35,695 nt of DNA from a virus (lineage: Duplodnaviria; Caudoviricetes). A model generated the notes under the pieces. It saw nothing but the letters and a program-made list of their open reading frames with translations, was not told the origin of the DNA and made no database searches. The DNA lies in IMG/VR virus record IMGVR_UViG_3300044512_002385, positions 1 to 35,695 of that record; one strand, written 5' to 3'. Shown in pieces: positions 24,911 to 34,457 of the stretch (its first letter is position 1; each line of letters begins with the position of its first letter). The position numbers and the translations under genes are program-made.

Positions 24911-26291
24911 AGAATTTCTACTGCGCTACCGGAATGATCCGGTGGCGTTCGTGGAGCACGTTTTAAAAGTTAAACCGCAAGCCTGGCAGGCCGAGCTGAT
25001 GCAGGCCGTCTGCGACGGCGAGCGGAAGCTATCCATCCGATCGGGCCATGGCGTAGGCAAATCGACCGCAGCGAGCTGGTTGATGCTCTGGTTCCTGATT
25101 ACTCGATACCCCGTCAAAATCGTCGTTACTGCCCCCACATCGGCGCAGTTGTTCGATGCGCTGTTCGCTGAAGTGAAGCGCTGGATCAACGAGCTACCGC
25201 TCGCCCTAAAAGACATCCTGGACGTTAAATCGGATCGCGTAAGCCACAAAGCGGCGCCATCTGAGGCATTCATCAGTTGTCGAACGAGCCGCGCAGAAAC
25301 GCCAGAGGCGCTCCAGGGCGTGCATTCCGATAACGTATTACTGATTTGCGACGAGGCGTCAGGTATTCCTGAGCAAGTGTTTGAGGCTGCCGCGGGCTCT
25401 ATGTCCGGGCATAACGCCAGCACGATATTGCTGGGCAACCCAACCCGGTCGAGCGGATTCTTTTTCGACACGCATCATCGCCAGGCAGGCGAATGGTGGA
25501 CCCGGAAGGTGAGCTGCGTTGATTCGGGACTCGTCTCTGATGAATACGTCAGCGAGATGAAAGTCAGGTACGGCGAAGAAAGCAACGCCTATCGGGTACG
25601 TGTGTTGGGCGATTTTCCCGCAAGAGATGACGATACCGTCATCCCACTAGAACTCGTTGAAAGCGCCCAGCGGCGTGATGTTGAAGTGACGGAGGATGAG
25701 CCGATCATTTGGGGGTTGGACGTTGCTCGGTTTGGTAGTGCGGCTAGCGTGTTATGTAAGCGCCAAGGCCGAAAGATTCTAGCAATGGAAACCTGGCGCG
25801 GTCTGGATCTGATGCAATTGACCGGGGCTGTCGTTGCCGAGTACGAAGGCTGTTTGCCCAGGCAACAACCCAGCATGATTTGCGTGGATTCGATCGGAGT
25901 GGGTGGTGGTGTGTGTGATCGATTGAGAGAGCTGCAATTGCCTGCTGTGGGCGTCAATACCGCCGAGAGCCCGTCACTAAGGGGTACTTATCTAAACCTG
26001 AGAGCGGAGCTTTGGTACAAGCTGAAGGCTTGGCTAGAAGCTAGGGACGTAAGTATGCCGGTCGATGATCATTTGCTTGCTGAGCTGGTCGCCATCAAAT
26101 ACAAATTCACATCCAGCGGCAAGCTGCAAATTGAAAGCAAGGCTGAGATGAGCAAGCGCGGGCTAGCGAGTCCCGACAGGGCGGATGCGGTTTGCTTAAC
26201 GTTCGCTGTCGAGGCAGCCACGGTGATTCATGGCGGCGGGATGGCCAGCAATTGGAACAAGCCAATCAGAAGAAACCTCGCCATGGTATAG
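24888..26291 (+). CDS. terL: Terminase large subunit
   Basis: RSGHGVGKS Walker A, LICDEA Walker B, GNPT, nuclease motifs GLDVARFG and SPDRADA. Confidence 0.95.
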   Translation: MAEENPYKEFLLRYRNDPVAFVEHVLKVKPQAWQAELMQAVCDGERKLSIRSGHGVGKSTAASWLMLWFLITRYPVKIVVTAPTSAQLFDALFAEVKRWINELPLALKDILDVKSDRVSHKAAPSEAFISCRTSRAETPEALQGVHSDNVLLICDEASGIPEQVFEAAAGSMSGHNASTILLGNPTRSSGFFFDTHHRQAGEWWTRKVSCVDSGLVSDEYVSEMKVRYGEESNAYRVRVLGDFPARDDDTVIPLELVESAQRRDVEVTEDEPIIWGLDVARFGSAASVLCKRQGRKILAMETWRGLDLMQLTGAVVAEYEGCLPRQQPSMICVDSIGVGGGVCDRLRELQLPAVGVNTAESPSLRGTYLNLRAELWYKLKAWLEARDVSMPVDDHLLAELVAIKYKFTSSGKLQIESKAEMSKRGLASPDRADAVCLTFAVEAATVIHGGGMASNWNKPIRRNLAMV

Positions 26292-26295
26292 GGGG

Positions 26296-26324
26296 TTATG
26301 CATCAAGTTTTTGCGGGGGACAAT
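26296..26324 (+). promoter_or_regulatory. Putative late promoter 4 (head-tail operon)
   Basis: TTATGCATCAA-N12-GACAAT. Confidence 0.6.
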
Positions 26325-26353
26325 AAATGACCCCAAAAAAATGCGTGGTGCAA

Positions 26354-26464
26354 ATGAAGCCTTATAAGAACGGCCCCCAGGGTCATCGAGATGCTGCGGC
26401 AACCATCGAAGCATTGATGACGCCCCAGAAAAAAAGCAAGCCTGCAAAGAAGCCAAAGAAGTAA
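26354..26464 (+). CDS. Small basic protein (36 aa)
   Basis: Not in the ORF track. MKPYKNGPQGHRDAAATIEALMTPQKKSKPAKKPKK, stop abuts the next ATG. Confidence 0.55.
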   Translation: MKPYKNGPQGHRDAAATIEALMTPQKKSKPAKKPKK

Positions 26465-28678
26465 ATGGCTTTACTTGATTTTTTAAAGCAGCAAGCAGAA
26501 GAAGAGCTCCGCAGGAAACAGATGCAAATCCAGCAGGGCCAGGATGTTACTTCCGCGGTGACTCCAACCCCAGCTCAAGCTGCTTACTTCAGCGGTCAAA
26601 TGCTGCCCAGCGCTGCTACTGTTGATGCTGCCGGTCAAATGGCGCCAATGCCCCCTAGCAATATAACTATGGAGCAATTGCCTAATTACATGCAAACCGC
26701 GCAACCCATGCCAAGCATGTCTCAAAATTTTGAGCAGGGTAATTTTGTTGACGTAGGGTTGCAGGGCTTAGGTCTGCTTGGTGATGGGCTGACCGCCGCC
26801 GGGCCACTTGCTGCTGTTGGTTTACCAATTAAAGCGCTTTCAAAAACTGCGCAAGCAGTTCGTCAATCGAAGGGCTTGGTCCCTGATGATGTACCTCGTT
26901 TGCAGTTCGAAGGGGATAGCGCCCCAGAGGCTCTCGCAGAGGGCACACAGCGAACGTTCAGCACGACTGGTAAGTATCGCGGAGCTCCAGCAGAAATAAA
27001 TTCAAAACAACGATTAGCCGCCATGCAAAGGCGGCTTCGCGATTACGCAGAAAAAGGCGCGCCATATAGAACTTGGTACGAAGATACCAATGACTTTATG
27101 CAGCAACAAACTGCGAGCAGGCCCGGCAGGCAAGATCAATACGCAGCAACTGCGGCAATTACTAGCCAAGGAACGAGCGTCCCAGCTAACGCTACTATGG
27201 CGATGAAGGGCTACAACCAAGCAATCGTTGGAGACCCAATTAACACGGGTCGATTCCCTAGCTCTATGGGACCATCAATCGACAAAATCTTCGAAGGTGT
27301 TTCTCCGCCGCTTGGTCCAAAAAGAGAACCATTTTACGAAGCGCTTAATCAAGAAGTTGGAAGGGCTCGGCAAACAAACGATATTCGCCAGGCAAGGGCT
27401 TTCGGTTATACAAACGCAGACGGGTCGAATTTTTCTGGCGGGCTCAGTGATGCTCAACATCGATTCATGGATGAAGAGACAGCTAAGTTAGTCGCTTGGG
27501 CGAAAGAAAACAAAATTGGTGGGGTCGATGATTGGAATGCTGATCGTATTCAGGCTGCAATTTGGATAGCGCAGAAAGCTGAAGAAGAGGGCACAACAAT
27601 TGCTGAAGCCGGGAAAATGTTTCAGGACTTTACGCCACAAGCGATGATAAGGACGGAGGCAGCCCCGTCTGCAAGTCTTGGGCATTTAAAAGGATTGCTT
27701 GATCCTCAAAACCGCCAAGCATTAGAAGAATATAGCGTGCTGCAAGATGAATTAATGCAGACGCCCGGCGGATTGGATTTTATGACAGCTCAGTCAGGAG
27801 CTATGTCATCCCCAGTTTACTCAGCTCCTGGTGTTTACGAAGGGGCAAGCAACCCAGGATTAGGCATCCCTGTTTCTGTAGGTAAAGCCTCTGATGAAGT
27901 TGTGGACCCCGTGACTGGTCAAGGCGTTGAGGCAAAAGTCATTGACCCTGCAAGCAGAAAAGTTGTTGAAGCGTCAGCGGCAATGCAGGGCTTGTTAAGG
28001 GCTCAAGATACTGTCGGATATACCGCAATAACAAAAGCACCTAACGCAGCAACCAGAAATGCGCTCGAAGTAAATCTCGGTCAAACCATTACCCCAGAAC
28101 AAATTGTAAAACTTGAAAAAGCCATCAACGATGAGTTTGGTGCTGGGTTGTTGATACCACTGCATTCTAGAAACGGAGTCTCGATTATTACCCTGGGCCC
28201 AGATGAGCTCGGAAAATTAGTTGGGGATACAGCCCCCAAGAAAACACCACAATGGCAGAAAAGACTTTCCAAGGTTGTCAAAGACACGCTAGATCCTGCT
28301 AGCACTGAATGGGGTTTAAACACCGGAAATTTAGTTGGTGACACAACAGATTGGACCTATACCCCTAGCAGATACTTAGGGCCACTTGAGGAAGTTGGCC
28401 CAGAGATGCGGGGACTGTTAGATGCAGGCGCTAAGAAAATTTCTCCCAGGCTAGAACAGCTAGATGCTGAGCTGGTTAAAGATTTCCCGTCTGCTGGCGA
28501 ACGCAGCACGATCGTTACTCGTGTTCGGGCTGCTCTGGCGCAAGAGGGAATTGCAGGGGTTCGGAAACTTGTGGATAAGGGATTAGTCCCTGCTTTTGCT
28601 TTAGGCGTTCTTCTTGGCGGGCAAGCTCTTCCACAAGCCACTGAACGTCAGCCGGCTCGCTCTCAAGGACTGCTCTGA
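26465..28678 (+). CDS. Large protein of unknown function, possibly virion-delivered
   Basis: 737 aa with MALLD.../...GLL termini. Central WY...GPK..PF...TND.RQ.R...IQAAIW domain. Confidence 0.8.
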   Translation: MALLDFLKQQAEEELRRKQMQIQQGQDVTSAVTPTPAQAAYFSGQMLPSAATVDAAGQMAPMPPSNITMEQLPNYMQTAQPMPSMSQNFEQGNFVDVGLQGLGLLGDGLTAAGPLAAVGLPIKALSKTAQAVRQSKGLVPDDVPRLQFEGDSAPEALAEGTQRTFSTTGKYRGAPAEINSKQRLAAMQRRLRDYAEKGAPYRTWYEDTNDFMQQQTASRPGRQDQYAATAAITSQGTSVPANATMAMKGYNQAIVGDPINTGRFPSSMGPSIDKIFEGVSPPLGPKREPFYEALNQEVGRARQTNDIRQARAFGYTNADGSNFSGGLSDAQHRFMDEETAKLVAWAKENKIGGVDDWNADRIQAAIWIAQKAEEEGTTIAEAGKMFQDFTPQAMIRTEAAPSASLGHLKGLLDPQNRQALEEYSVLQDELMQTPGGLDFMTAQSGAMSSPVYSAPGVYEGASNPGLGIPVSVGKASDEVVDPVTGQGVEAKVIDPASRKVVEASAAMQGLLRAQDTVGYTAITKAPNAATRNALEVNLGQTITPEQIVKLEKAINDEFGAGLLIPLHSRNGVSIITLGPDELGKLVGDTAPKKTPQWQKRLSKVVKDTLDPASTEWGLNTGNLVGDTTDWTYTPSRYLGPLEEVGPEMRGLLDAGAKKISPRLEQLDAELVKDFPSAGERSTIVTRVRAALAQEGIAGVRKLVDKGLVPAFALGVLLGGQALPQATERQPARSQGLL

Positions 28679-28769
28679 TGCGTGCAAACTTTTTCGGGAT
28701 GTCAGCAATGCGCCGCCTACCTAAATCGGTTTCAGGATCAAAATACTGGGCTGGAGTGATCTTGCTCAT
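28515..28769 (-). CDS. Putative antisense small protein (84 aa)
   Basis: MSKITPAQYFDPETDLGRRRIADIPKKFARIRAVLE... TATAAT lies 7 nt upstream of the ATG. Overlaps the 3' end of the 737-aa gene. Confidence 0.45.
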   Translation of the reverse strand: MSKITPAQYFDPETDLGRRRIADIPKKFARIRAVLESEPADVQWLVEELARQEERLKQKQGLIPYPQVSEPLQFPLAPEQPEHE

Positions 28770-28786
28770 ACAAGGAATTATATAAC

Positions 28787-30910
28787 ATGAGTGAGACATA
28801 TTCCTACGGGCAAGAAACCACTGAAGAATTTGTCAGTGAAGAAGTAATCAGCGAGGAAGAGATTCAGTCAATCGTTACTGAGTCGATCGAAGACGCCGTT
28901 GATTTTATCGACAACACCATAAGCCCTGGCAGAGCAGAGGCAGCCGAATACTATAACGGCGAGCCTTTTGGCAATGAGCAGGACGGTCGATCAACTGCAA
29001 TGACGATGGACGTGCGGGATACCGTACAGGCCATGCTGCCTTCGCTTGTGCGCATCTTCACCGCGTCCGATCACGTCGTTGAGTATGCGCCCCAAGGTCC
29101 AGAAGATTTGGCTCTCGCGAGCCAGGCGACTGACTACGCAAACTACATCCTGCAACAAGATCAAGACCAATCGTATATCGAGATTTTGTATGCGGTATTT
29201 AAGGACGCACTCGTCAAGGGCAGTGGCTTCTTAAAGTATTACTGGGATGAGAGCGAAGAGGTTCAATCATACAAATTAACAGGACTCGACGAGCAAGCGC
29301 TTGCTGCACTTAACAGCGATCCTAACGTCGATGTCACATCACTAGAAACCGCGAGCACCGACACGTTCGATTCGCCCGATGGCCAACAAGTCCAGCTTTT
29401 CTCTGTCAACGTTACGCACCGACGTGCTAACGGTAAAGTGAAAGTAGCGGCGGTGCCGCCAGAAGAGATTCTTGTCAGTCGCCACGCTCGCTCCTTTGCT
29501 GATGCGGATCTCGTCGCCCACCGCCGCTACGCTACTGTAAGCGAGCTCGTCGAAATGGGTTACGACTACGACGATATAGTCGATTACGCGACTGAGGAAG
29601 AAGACTTTGATCTTTTCAATGTCGAGGCTCGGGAGCGTCAGCGCAGCCAAGAGACGCGAGATTATTCGGACCCTACTCGCAAGCGCGTTTTGTATGTTGA
29701 AGCCTACATGCGCATCGATATGGATGGAGATGGCATCGGTGAGCTGCGCAAGATTTGTTGTGCTGGACCAACCTACGAGGTGCAGCGAAACGATCCTTGT
29801 GACGACATTCCCTTTGCAATGTTCTGCCCGGACCCAGAGCCGCACGCTTTCTTTGGTTTGAGCATTGCCGACCTGACAATGGACATACAGCGCATTAAGT
29901 CGGCTGTACTCCGAGCGTCACTCGATAGCCTTGCCATGAGCACGCACCCGCGGGTTGGTGTTGTTGAAGGCCAGGCTAGCTTAGAAGACGTGATGAACGT
30001 CGAAGCCGGCGGCATCATTCGCATGCGTCAGCCCGGCGCGGTTGTGCCTTTCACACTGCCATACGTTGGCCGTGACGCGTTTGGCATGATGGCTTACCTC
30101 GACGAGATGCGCGAGAACCGAACCGGGATCAGTAAGGCCGCTGACGGCCTAGCACCTGAAGCCCTGCAAAGCAGCACGCTCATGGCGGTCAATCAAACGA
30201 TCCAAGCTGCGCAGCAGCGCACAGAAATGATCGCTCGTTTGTTTGCAGAGAACGGCATGTCGCGACTCTTCAAAGGCATTCTTAAATTAATCGTCACTCA
30301 CCAAGAGCGGCCAAGAATGATTCGGCTGCGCAACGAGTTTGTGCCGATGTCGCCCGATGCCTGGAACGCGAACATGGACGTAGTCGTCAACGTCAGCTTG
30401 GGCAAAGGCGGCGACACTGAGCGGCTGATGATGTTGCAGCAAATTGCACAGAAGCAGGAGCAGTTGTTGCAGCAACTGGGCCCAGATAACCCAATCGTTA
30501 ATGCGCAGAACTATTACGCAACGATGGTGCAGATGTTAGAGCTTGCTGGCTTCAAAGATGTGAATCGATTCTTCACTGATCCATCTCAGTATCAGCCACA
30601 GCAGCAACAGCAAGAACCACCGCCTGATCCTAACGCGGCTTTGATTCAGGTGCAGATGCAAAGCATCCAGGCTGATATTCAGAAGAAGCAAGCCGAGCTT
30701 GAACTAGAGCGCGAGAAAATGATCCGCGAAGACGATCGGCGCCGGGATAAAGACGAGGCTGATATTGCCTTGCGGGCAGCAGAGATAGCAGCGCGTTTTG
30801 GTGCCCAGGTTGATACAGCAGCAATCAGAGCCGGTTCTGAGCGGGACCGGGAAGCAATAAGACAACTAACGAGCGTGAGCAATGGCCAAAACGGAGCACC
30901 AGTATCTTGA
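28787..30910 (+). CDS. Portal protein (P22-like)
   Basis: 707 aa. DVRDTV...PSL.RIF, FKDAL..G.G and PH.FFG.S motifs, with a long helical Gln-rich C-terminus. Confidence 0.9.
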   Translation: MSETYSYGQETTEEFVSEEVISEEEIQSIVTESIEDAVDFIDNTISPGRAEAAEYYNGEPFGNEQDGRSTAMTMDVRDTVQAMLPSLVRIFTASDHVVEYAPQGPEDLALASQATDYANYILQQDQDQSYIEILYAVFKDALVKGSGFLKYYWDESEEVQSYKLTGLDEQALAALNSDPNVDVTSLETASTDTFDSPDGQQVQLFSVNVTHRRANGKVKVAAVPPEEILVSRHARSFADADLVAHRRYATVSELVEMGYDYDDIVDYATEEEDFDLFNVEARERQRSQETRDYSDPTRKRVLYVEAYMRIDMDGDGIGELRKICCAGPTYEVQRNDPCDDIPFAMFCPDPEPHAFFGLSIADLTMDIQRIKSAVLRASLDSLAMSTHPRVGVVEGQASLEDVMNVEAGGIIRMRQPGAVVPFTLPYVGRDAFGMMAYLDEMRENRTGISKAADGLAPEALQSSTLMAVNQTIQAAQQRTEMIARLFAENGMSRLFKGILKLIVTHQERPRMIRLRNEFVPMSPDAWNANMDVVVNVSLGKGGDTERLMMLQQIAQKQEQLLQQLGPDNPIVNAQNYYATMVQMLELAGFKDVNRFFTDPSQYQPQQQQQEPPPDPNAALIQVQMQSIQADIQKKQAELELEREKMIREDDRRRDKDEADIALRAAEIAARFGAQVDTAAIRAGSERDREAIRQLTSVSNGQNGAPVS

Positions 30911-31121
30911 GAACATCCAGCGAATGTTCGATGACCCTGACTTTGCAGAAATGTGCAGTCGGGTGAAGTTTGAAATTTTTGAAGCGTGGCAGCGTGAACG
31001 AAAGCCTGAGGCTCGGGAAAGACTTCACGCAAAGATGGAGGCATTGGATCAGGTTGTGAGCACCATGCGTGCAGCAGCCGATTCGATTGTCTTCGAAAAA
31101 AATAGGAGCACAAGTTTATGA
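30882..31121 (+). CDS. Small head-module protein
   Basis: 79 aa helical protein between portal and scaffold. Confidence 0.7.
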   Translation: MAKTEHQYLENIQRMFDDPDFAEMCSRVKFEIFEAWQRERKPEARERLHAKMEALDQVVSTMRAAADSIVFEKNRSTSL

Positions 31122-32125
31122 GTGATAAAATTTATGATGCGGAAAATCCCACGAGTGGGCTTTTTCAAGCGAGAGACGCAATCGAAGATTTACTAGCCCC
31201 TGAAGAGGATAAGGCAGAAGAGATCGAAGAGGGCGTTGACCAGTCCGATGAGGGCGAGGTTGAGTTAGAAGCTGAGTACGAAGAATCAGATGAATTCGAC
31301 TCAGAAGAAGATGATGCCGATCTGGATGATGATGAATACGACCCAGATGAGGAAGAGCAAGCAGCCGAGTCTTTTACCGTTAAGGTTAACGGAGAAGAAG
31401 TCGAGGTTCAGCTAGACGAACTCAAAAACGGGTACTCACGTCAAGCAGACTACACAAAGAAGTCGCAAGCATTAGCGGAAGAGCGTAAATCGTTCGAGCA
31501 AGACCGCGATGCTGTACTCCTAGAGCGACAGCAATATGCGCAACTCCTTAGCGCACTGCAAATACAATTGAACAGTAGTGATGAGCAGGCTCCTGATTTT
31601 GATCGTCTTTACAATGAAGACCCAATTGAAGCGACCCGCTTAGAGCGCGAATGGAATAAACGTCAGCTTGCCAAGCAGGAACGCATGCAAGCGATATTGT
31701 TGGAACAACAGCGGGTAGCGCAGGCAAACCAACAGTATCAAACGCAAGCAATGCAGCAAGTTCTGGCAGAAGAGGTCCATCGGCTTCCCGAGGTAATTCC
31801 CGAATGGCGGGATGAGTCAACGGCAGCCACAGAACGAGAAGAGCTTCGCCAATATCTGTTAGATAACGGCGTTGCGGAAGAAGAACTTCAATCACTCGTT
31901 CGCGCCAATCACATAAAGGTGCTTCGTAAGGCAATGCTTTACGACAAAGGCCAGTCGCGGATCAAGAAGGCTGCCAAGAAGGGCAACCGATCTGCAACCG
32001 TTAAGCCTGGAAGCAGGCAAGGCCAAGTCAAACCTCGTTCAAGGAAACTAAAAAGCGCTCGTCAACGTCTTGCAAATAGCGGTCGGTTGGAAGATGCAGC
32101 CGGCTTATTAGAATCTCTTTTATAG
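31118..32125 (+). CDS. Scaffolding protein
   Basis: Acidic N-terminus and VKVNGEEVEV.LDEL..GY.RQADYTKK.Q.LA motif. Precedes the capsid gene. Confidence 0.85.
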   Translation: MSDKIYDAENPTSGLFQARDAIEDLLAPEEDKAEEIEEGVDQSDEGEVELEAEYEESDEFDSEEDDADLDDDEYDPDEEEQAAESFTVKVNGEEVEVQLDELKNGYSRQADYTKKSQALAEERKSFEQDRDAVLLERQQYAQLLSALQIQLNSSDEQAPDFDRLYNEDPIEATRLEREWNKRQLAKQERMQAILLEQQRVAQANQQYQTQAMQQVLAEEVHRLPEVIPEWRDESTAATEREELRQYLLDNGVAEEELQSLVRANHIKVLRKAMLYDKGQSRIKKAAKKGNRSATVKPGSRQGQVKPRSRKLKSARQRLANSGRLEDAAGLLESLL

Positions 32126-32135
32126 GTAATTAAAC

Positions 32136-33104
32136 ATGGCAATCGTTACAAACACTTTTACAAAATACTCCGCAGTGGGTATTCGCGAAGATCTGGCGAA
32201 TGTGATTTTCAACATCTCTCCCCAGACCACTCCCTTCATTTCTAACATGACCAAGAAGAAGACTGTTAAGAATACCTTCTTCGAGTGGCAGACGGACTCA
32301 TTGGCCGCAGCCGCAGCTAACCACCACATCGATGGCGATGACCTGGCCAGCTTTACGGCAGTAACGCCTACGGTTCGCTTGGGTAACTACACGCAAATTT
32401 CTCGCAAAGATTTTGTCATTGCAGATAACTTGTCTGGCGCAATCGATGAAGCGGGTCGCCGGTCTGAAGTAGCTTACCAACTCGCCAAGAAAGGCGATGA
32501 GCTGAAGCGAGACATGGAGCACAACTTGTGTGGATTGAGCCATGCTGCTGTCGGCGGAAGCGCTTCTGTCGCTCGAAAGACTGCACCTTTAACTTCTTGG
32601 TTAACTTCAAACACTTCAAATGGCACAGGCGGTGCAAACCCAACCTTGTCAGGCGGTGTCCCCAATGCTGCGCCAACCGATGGCACGCAGCGCGCGATGA
32701 CTGAAGCCATGCTGAAGTCTGTTGTTCAATCAATGTATAGCAATGGAGGTGATCCTAAATTCTTAATGGTCGGTCCTCACGTTAAGACTGTTGTAAGCGG
32801 CTTTGCCGGTATCGCAGCTCAACGTTACCAGGCACCTGACGGCCCTACCACGATCATTGGTGCGGCTGATGTTTATGTGAGCGATTTCGGATCCATCTCG
32901 GTTGTCCCGAACAGATTCAGCCGAGCGCGAGATGCTTATGTAATCGACCCCGACATGGTTGAGATGGCAACGCTTCGTCCGATTCAAAGCGAAGAACTCG
33001 CTAAGACCGGCGATGCGACCAAGTACATGTTGCTCGCTGAGTACGGCCTCCAGGTGAACAACGAAGCCGGTTTGGGCGTTGTACGAGACCTCAGCACGTC
33101 ATAA
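32136..33104 (+). CDS. Major capsid protein (DUF5309/SU10-like)
   Basis: REDL...I.NISP..TPF, FEWQTDSL, NYTQI, ELKRDME, YVSDFG and LAKTGD. Confidence 0.9.
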   Translation: MAIVTNTFTKYSAVGIREDLANVIFNISPQTTPFISNMTKKKTVKNTFFEWQTDSLAAAAANHHIDGDDLASFTAVTPTVRLGNYTQISRKDFVIADNLSGAIDEAGRRSEVAYQLAKKGDELKRDMEHNLCGLSHAAVGGSASVARKTAPLTSWLTSNTSNGTGGANPTLSGGVPNAAPTDGTQRAMTEAMLKSVVQSMYSNGGDPKFLMVGPHVKTVVSGFAGIAAQRYQAPDGPTTIIGAADVYVSDFGSISVVPNRFSRARDAYVIDPDMVEMATLRPIQSEELAKTGDATKYMLLAEYGLQVNNEAGLGVVRDLSTS

Positions 33105-33114
33105 GGACTGACCT

Positions 33115-33441
33115 ATGGAAGATATCCGCAACCTATCGTTTGACGCTGATGCTCAAATAAAAACTGATTTTATTTATGAGCAAGGCGACAGCTTAAAAGA
33201 TGACAAGATCGTCATTGCAACTTCGCAAGACGTGACTGCAATCATTGAAGCAAACAAGCGGGCGGCTAACGCCGTAGACAAGCACCAGCGATATGGTGAG
33301 TGGTCTAAGGTTGCGAGTATCCCCATGTCTGTCTACTACGACTTGAAACAGCAGGGCATCGTTGATGACCCTGCTCGTTTTAAACGTTGGCTCAATGACA
33401 GCGACAACAAATTCTTCAGAACTCGGGGAGGCACTGTCTAG
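33115..33441 (+). CDS. Conserved-type hypothetical protein after the capsid gene
   Basis: QDV..IIE.NK...VASIP...WLND.DN..FRT pattern. Confidence 0.75.
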   Translation: MEDIRNLSFDADAQIKTDFIYEQGDSLKDDKIVIATSQDVTAIIEANKRAANAVDKHQRYGEWSKVASIPMSVYYDLKQQGIVDDPARFKRWLNDSDNKFFRTRGGTV

Positions 33442-34067
33442 TGGCCTTAACCACCTATGCTGAATTAAAAGCAAGCATTGCTGACTGGTTAAATCGCGAC
33501 GATCTGACCGCAGCAATTCCTGATTTTATTAGCCTGGCGGAAGCAGAGTTTCAGCGTGATATCCGTCATCGCTACATGATCGTCCGCAGCCGAGCGACGA
33601 TCGATTCAAGATTTAGTGCAACGCCTGCCGACTGGATGCAGAGCGTGCAATTGATTTTAGAAACCGATCCAGTTGAACCGTTGGAGTACGTCACCAACGA
33701 ATACATGAACAAGCTGCGCAGCTCATCAAGCGCAACTGGCAAGCCACGCTTTTATACGCACGTCGGCACAGAGATTGAAGTGTACCCAGCGCCCGATGAT
33801 ACGAGCACTGGCTACACCGCAGAACTCGTTTACTACGGCAAGGTGCCTGTGTTAAGCGACAGCAATACCAGCAACTGGCTTTTGTCTTTATCGCCTGACA
33901 TCTATTTGTACGGCGCCTTGTTGCAGTCAGCGCCTTACCTACGGGATGACGAGCGCATCGGTGTGTGGGCAAGCATCTATCAGAAAAAAGTGGAAGACAT
34001 GCACGTCAGTGATCAACGAACACGCGGGCAAACGTCCGTCCAAATGCGCACGCGCGCACTGCAATAG
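33441..34067 (+). CDS. Head-tail adaptor
   Basis: TYAELKASIADWLNRDDL...FISLAEA, G.PR.Y and PDIYLYGAL motifs. Confidence 0.8.
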   Translation: MALTTYAELKASIADWLNRDDLTAAIPDFISLAEAEFQRDIRHRYMIVRSRATIDSRFSATPADWMQSVQLILETDPVEPLEYVTNEYMNKLRSSSSATGKPRFYTHVGTEIEVYPAPDDTSTGYTAELVYYGKVPVLSDSNTSNWLLSLSPDIYLYGALLQSAPYLRDDERIGVWASIYQKKVEDMHVSDQRTRGQTSVQMRTRALQ

Positions 34068-34076
34068 GATCGGAAA

Positions 34077-34457
34077 ATGGCATTTACAGATTACCTAGAA
34101 AACAAACTGCTGGCGCATACATTCAGTAACACCGCGTACACATCACCTTCGACTGTTTACGTTGCGCTTTACACAGTAGCACCCACCGACTCGACCACTG
34201 GAACAGAGGTCACAGGCGGTGGCTACGTTCGACAATCGGCAAGTTTCACAACGACCGCAAGCGCGACGACTAACGCAAGCGCTATTGAATACCCAACGGC
34301 AACAGCGGGATACGGCACTGTCGTTGCGGTTGCAGTTTTAGACGCTAGCAGCGGCGGCAACATGCTTGCCTTTGCCAGTTTAGATGCAAGCAAAACAATC
34401 GCGACCGGCGACGTGTTTCGCATTCCTGCTGGCGACTTAGATATCACGCTTGACTAA
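34077..34457 (+). CDS. Virion structural protein
   Basis: DYLENKLL, YVALYT..P, EV.GGGY.RQ and DASSGGNML motifs. Confidence 0.75.
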   Translation: MAFTDYLENKLLAHTFSNTAYTSPSTVYVALYTVAPTDSTTGTEVTGGGYVRQSASFTTTASATTNASAIEYPTATAGYGTVVAVAVLDASSGGNMLAFASLDASKTIATGDVFRIPAGDLDITLD

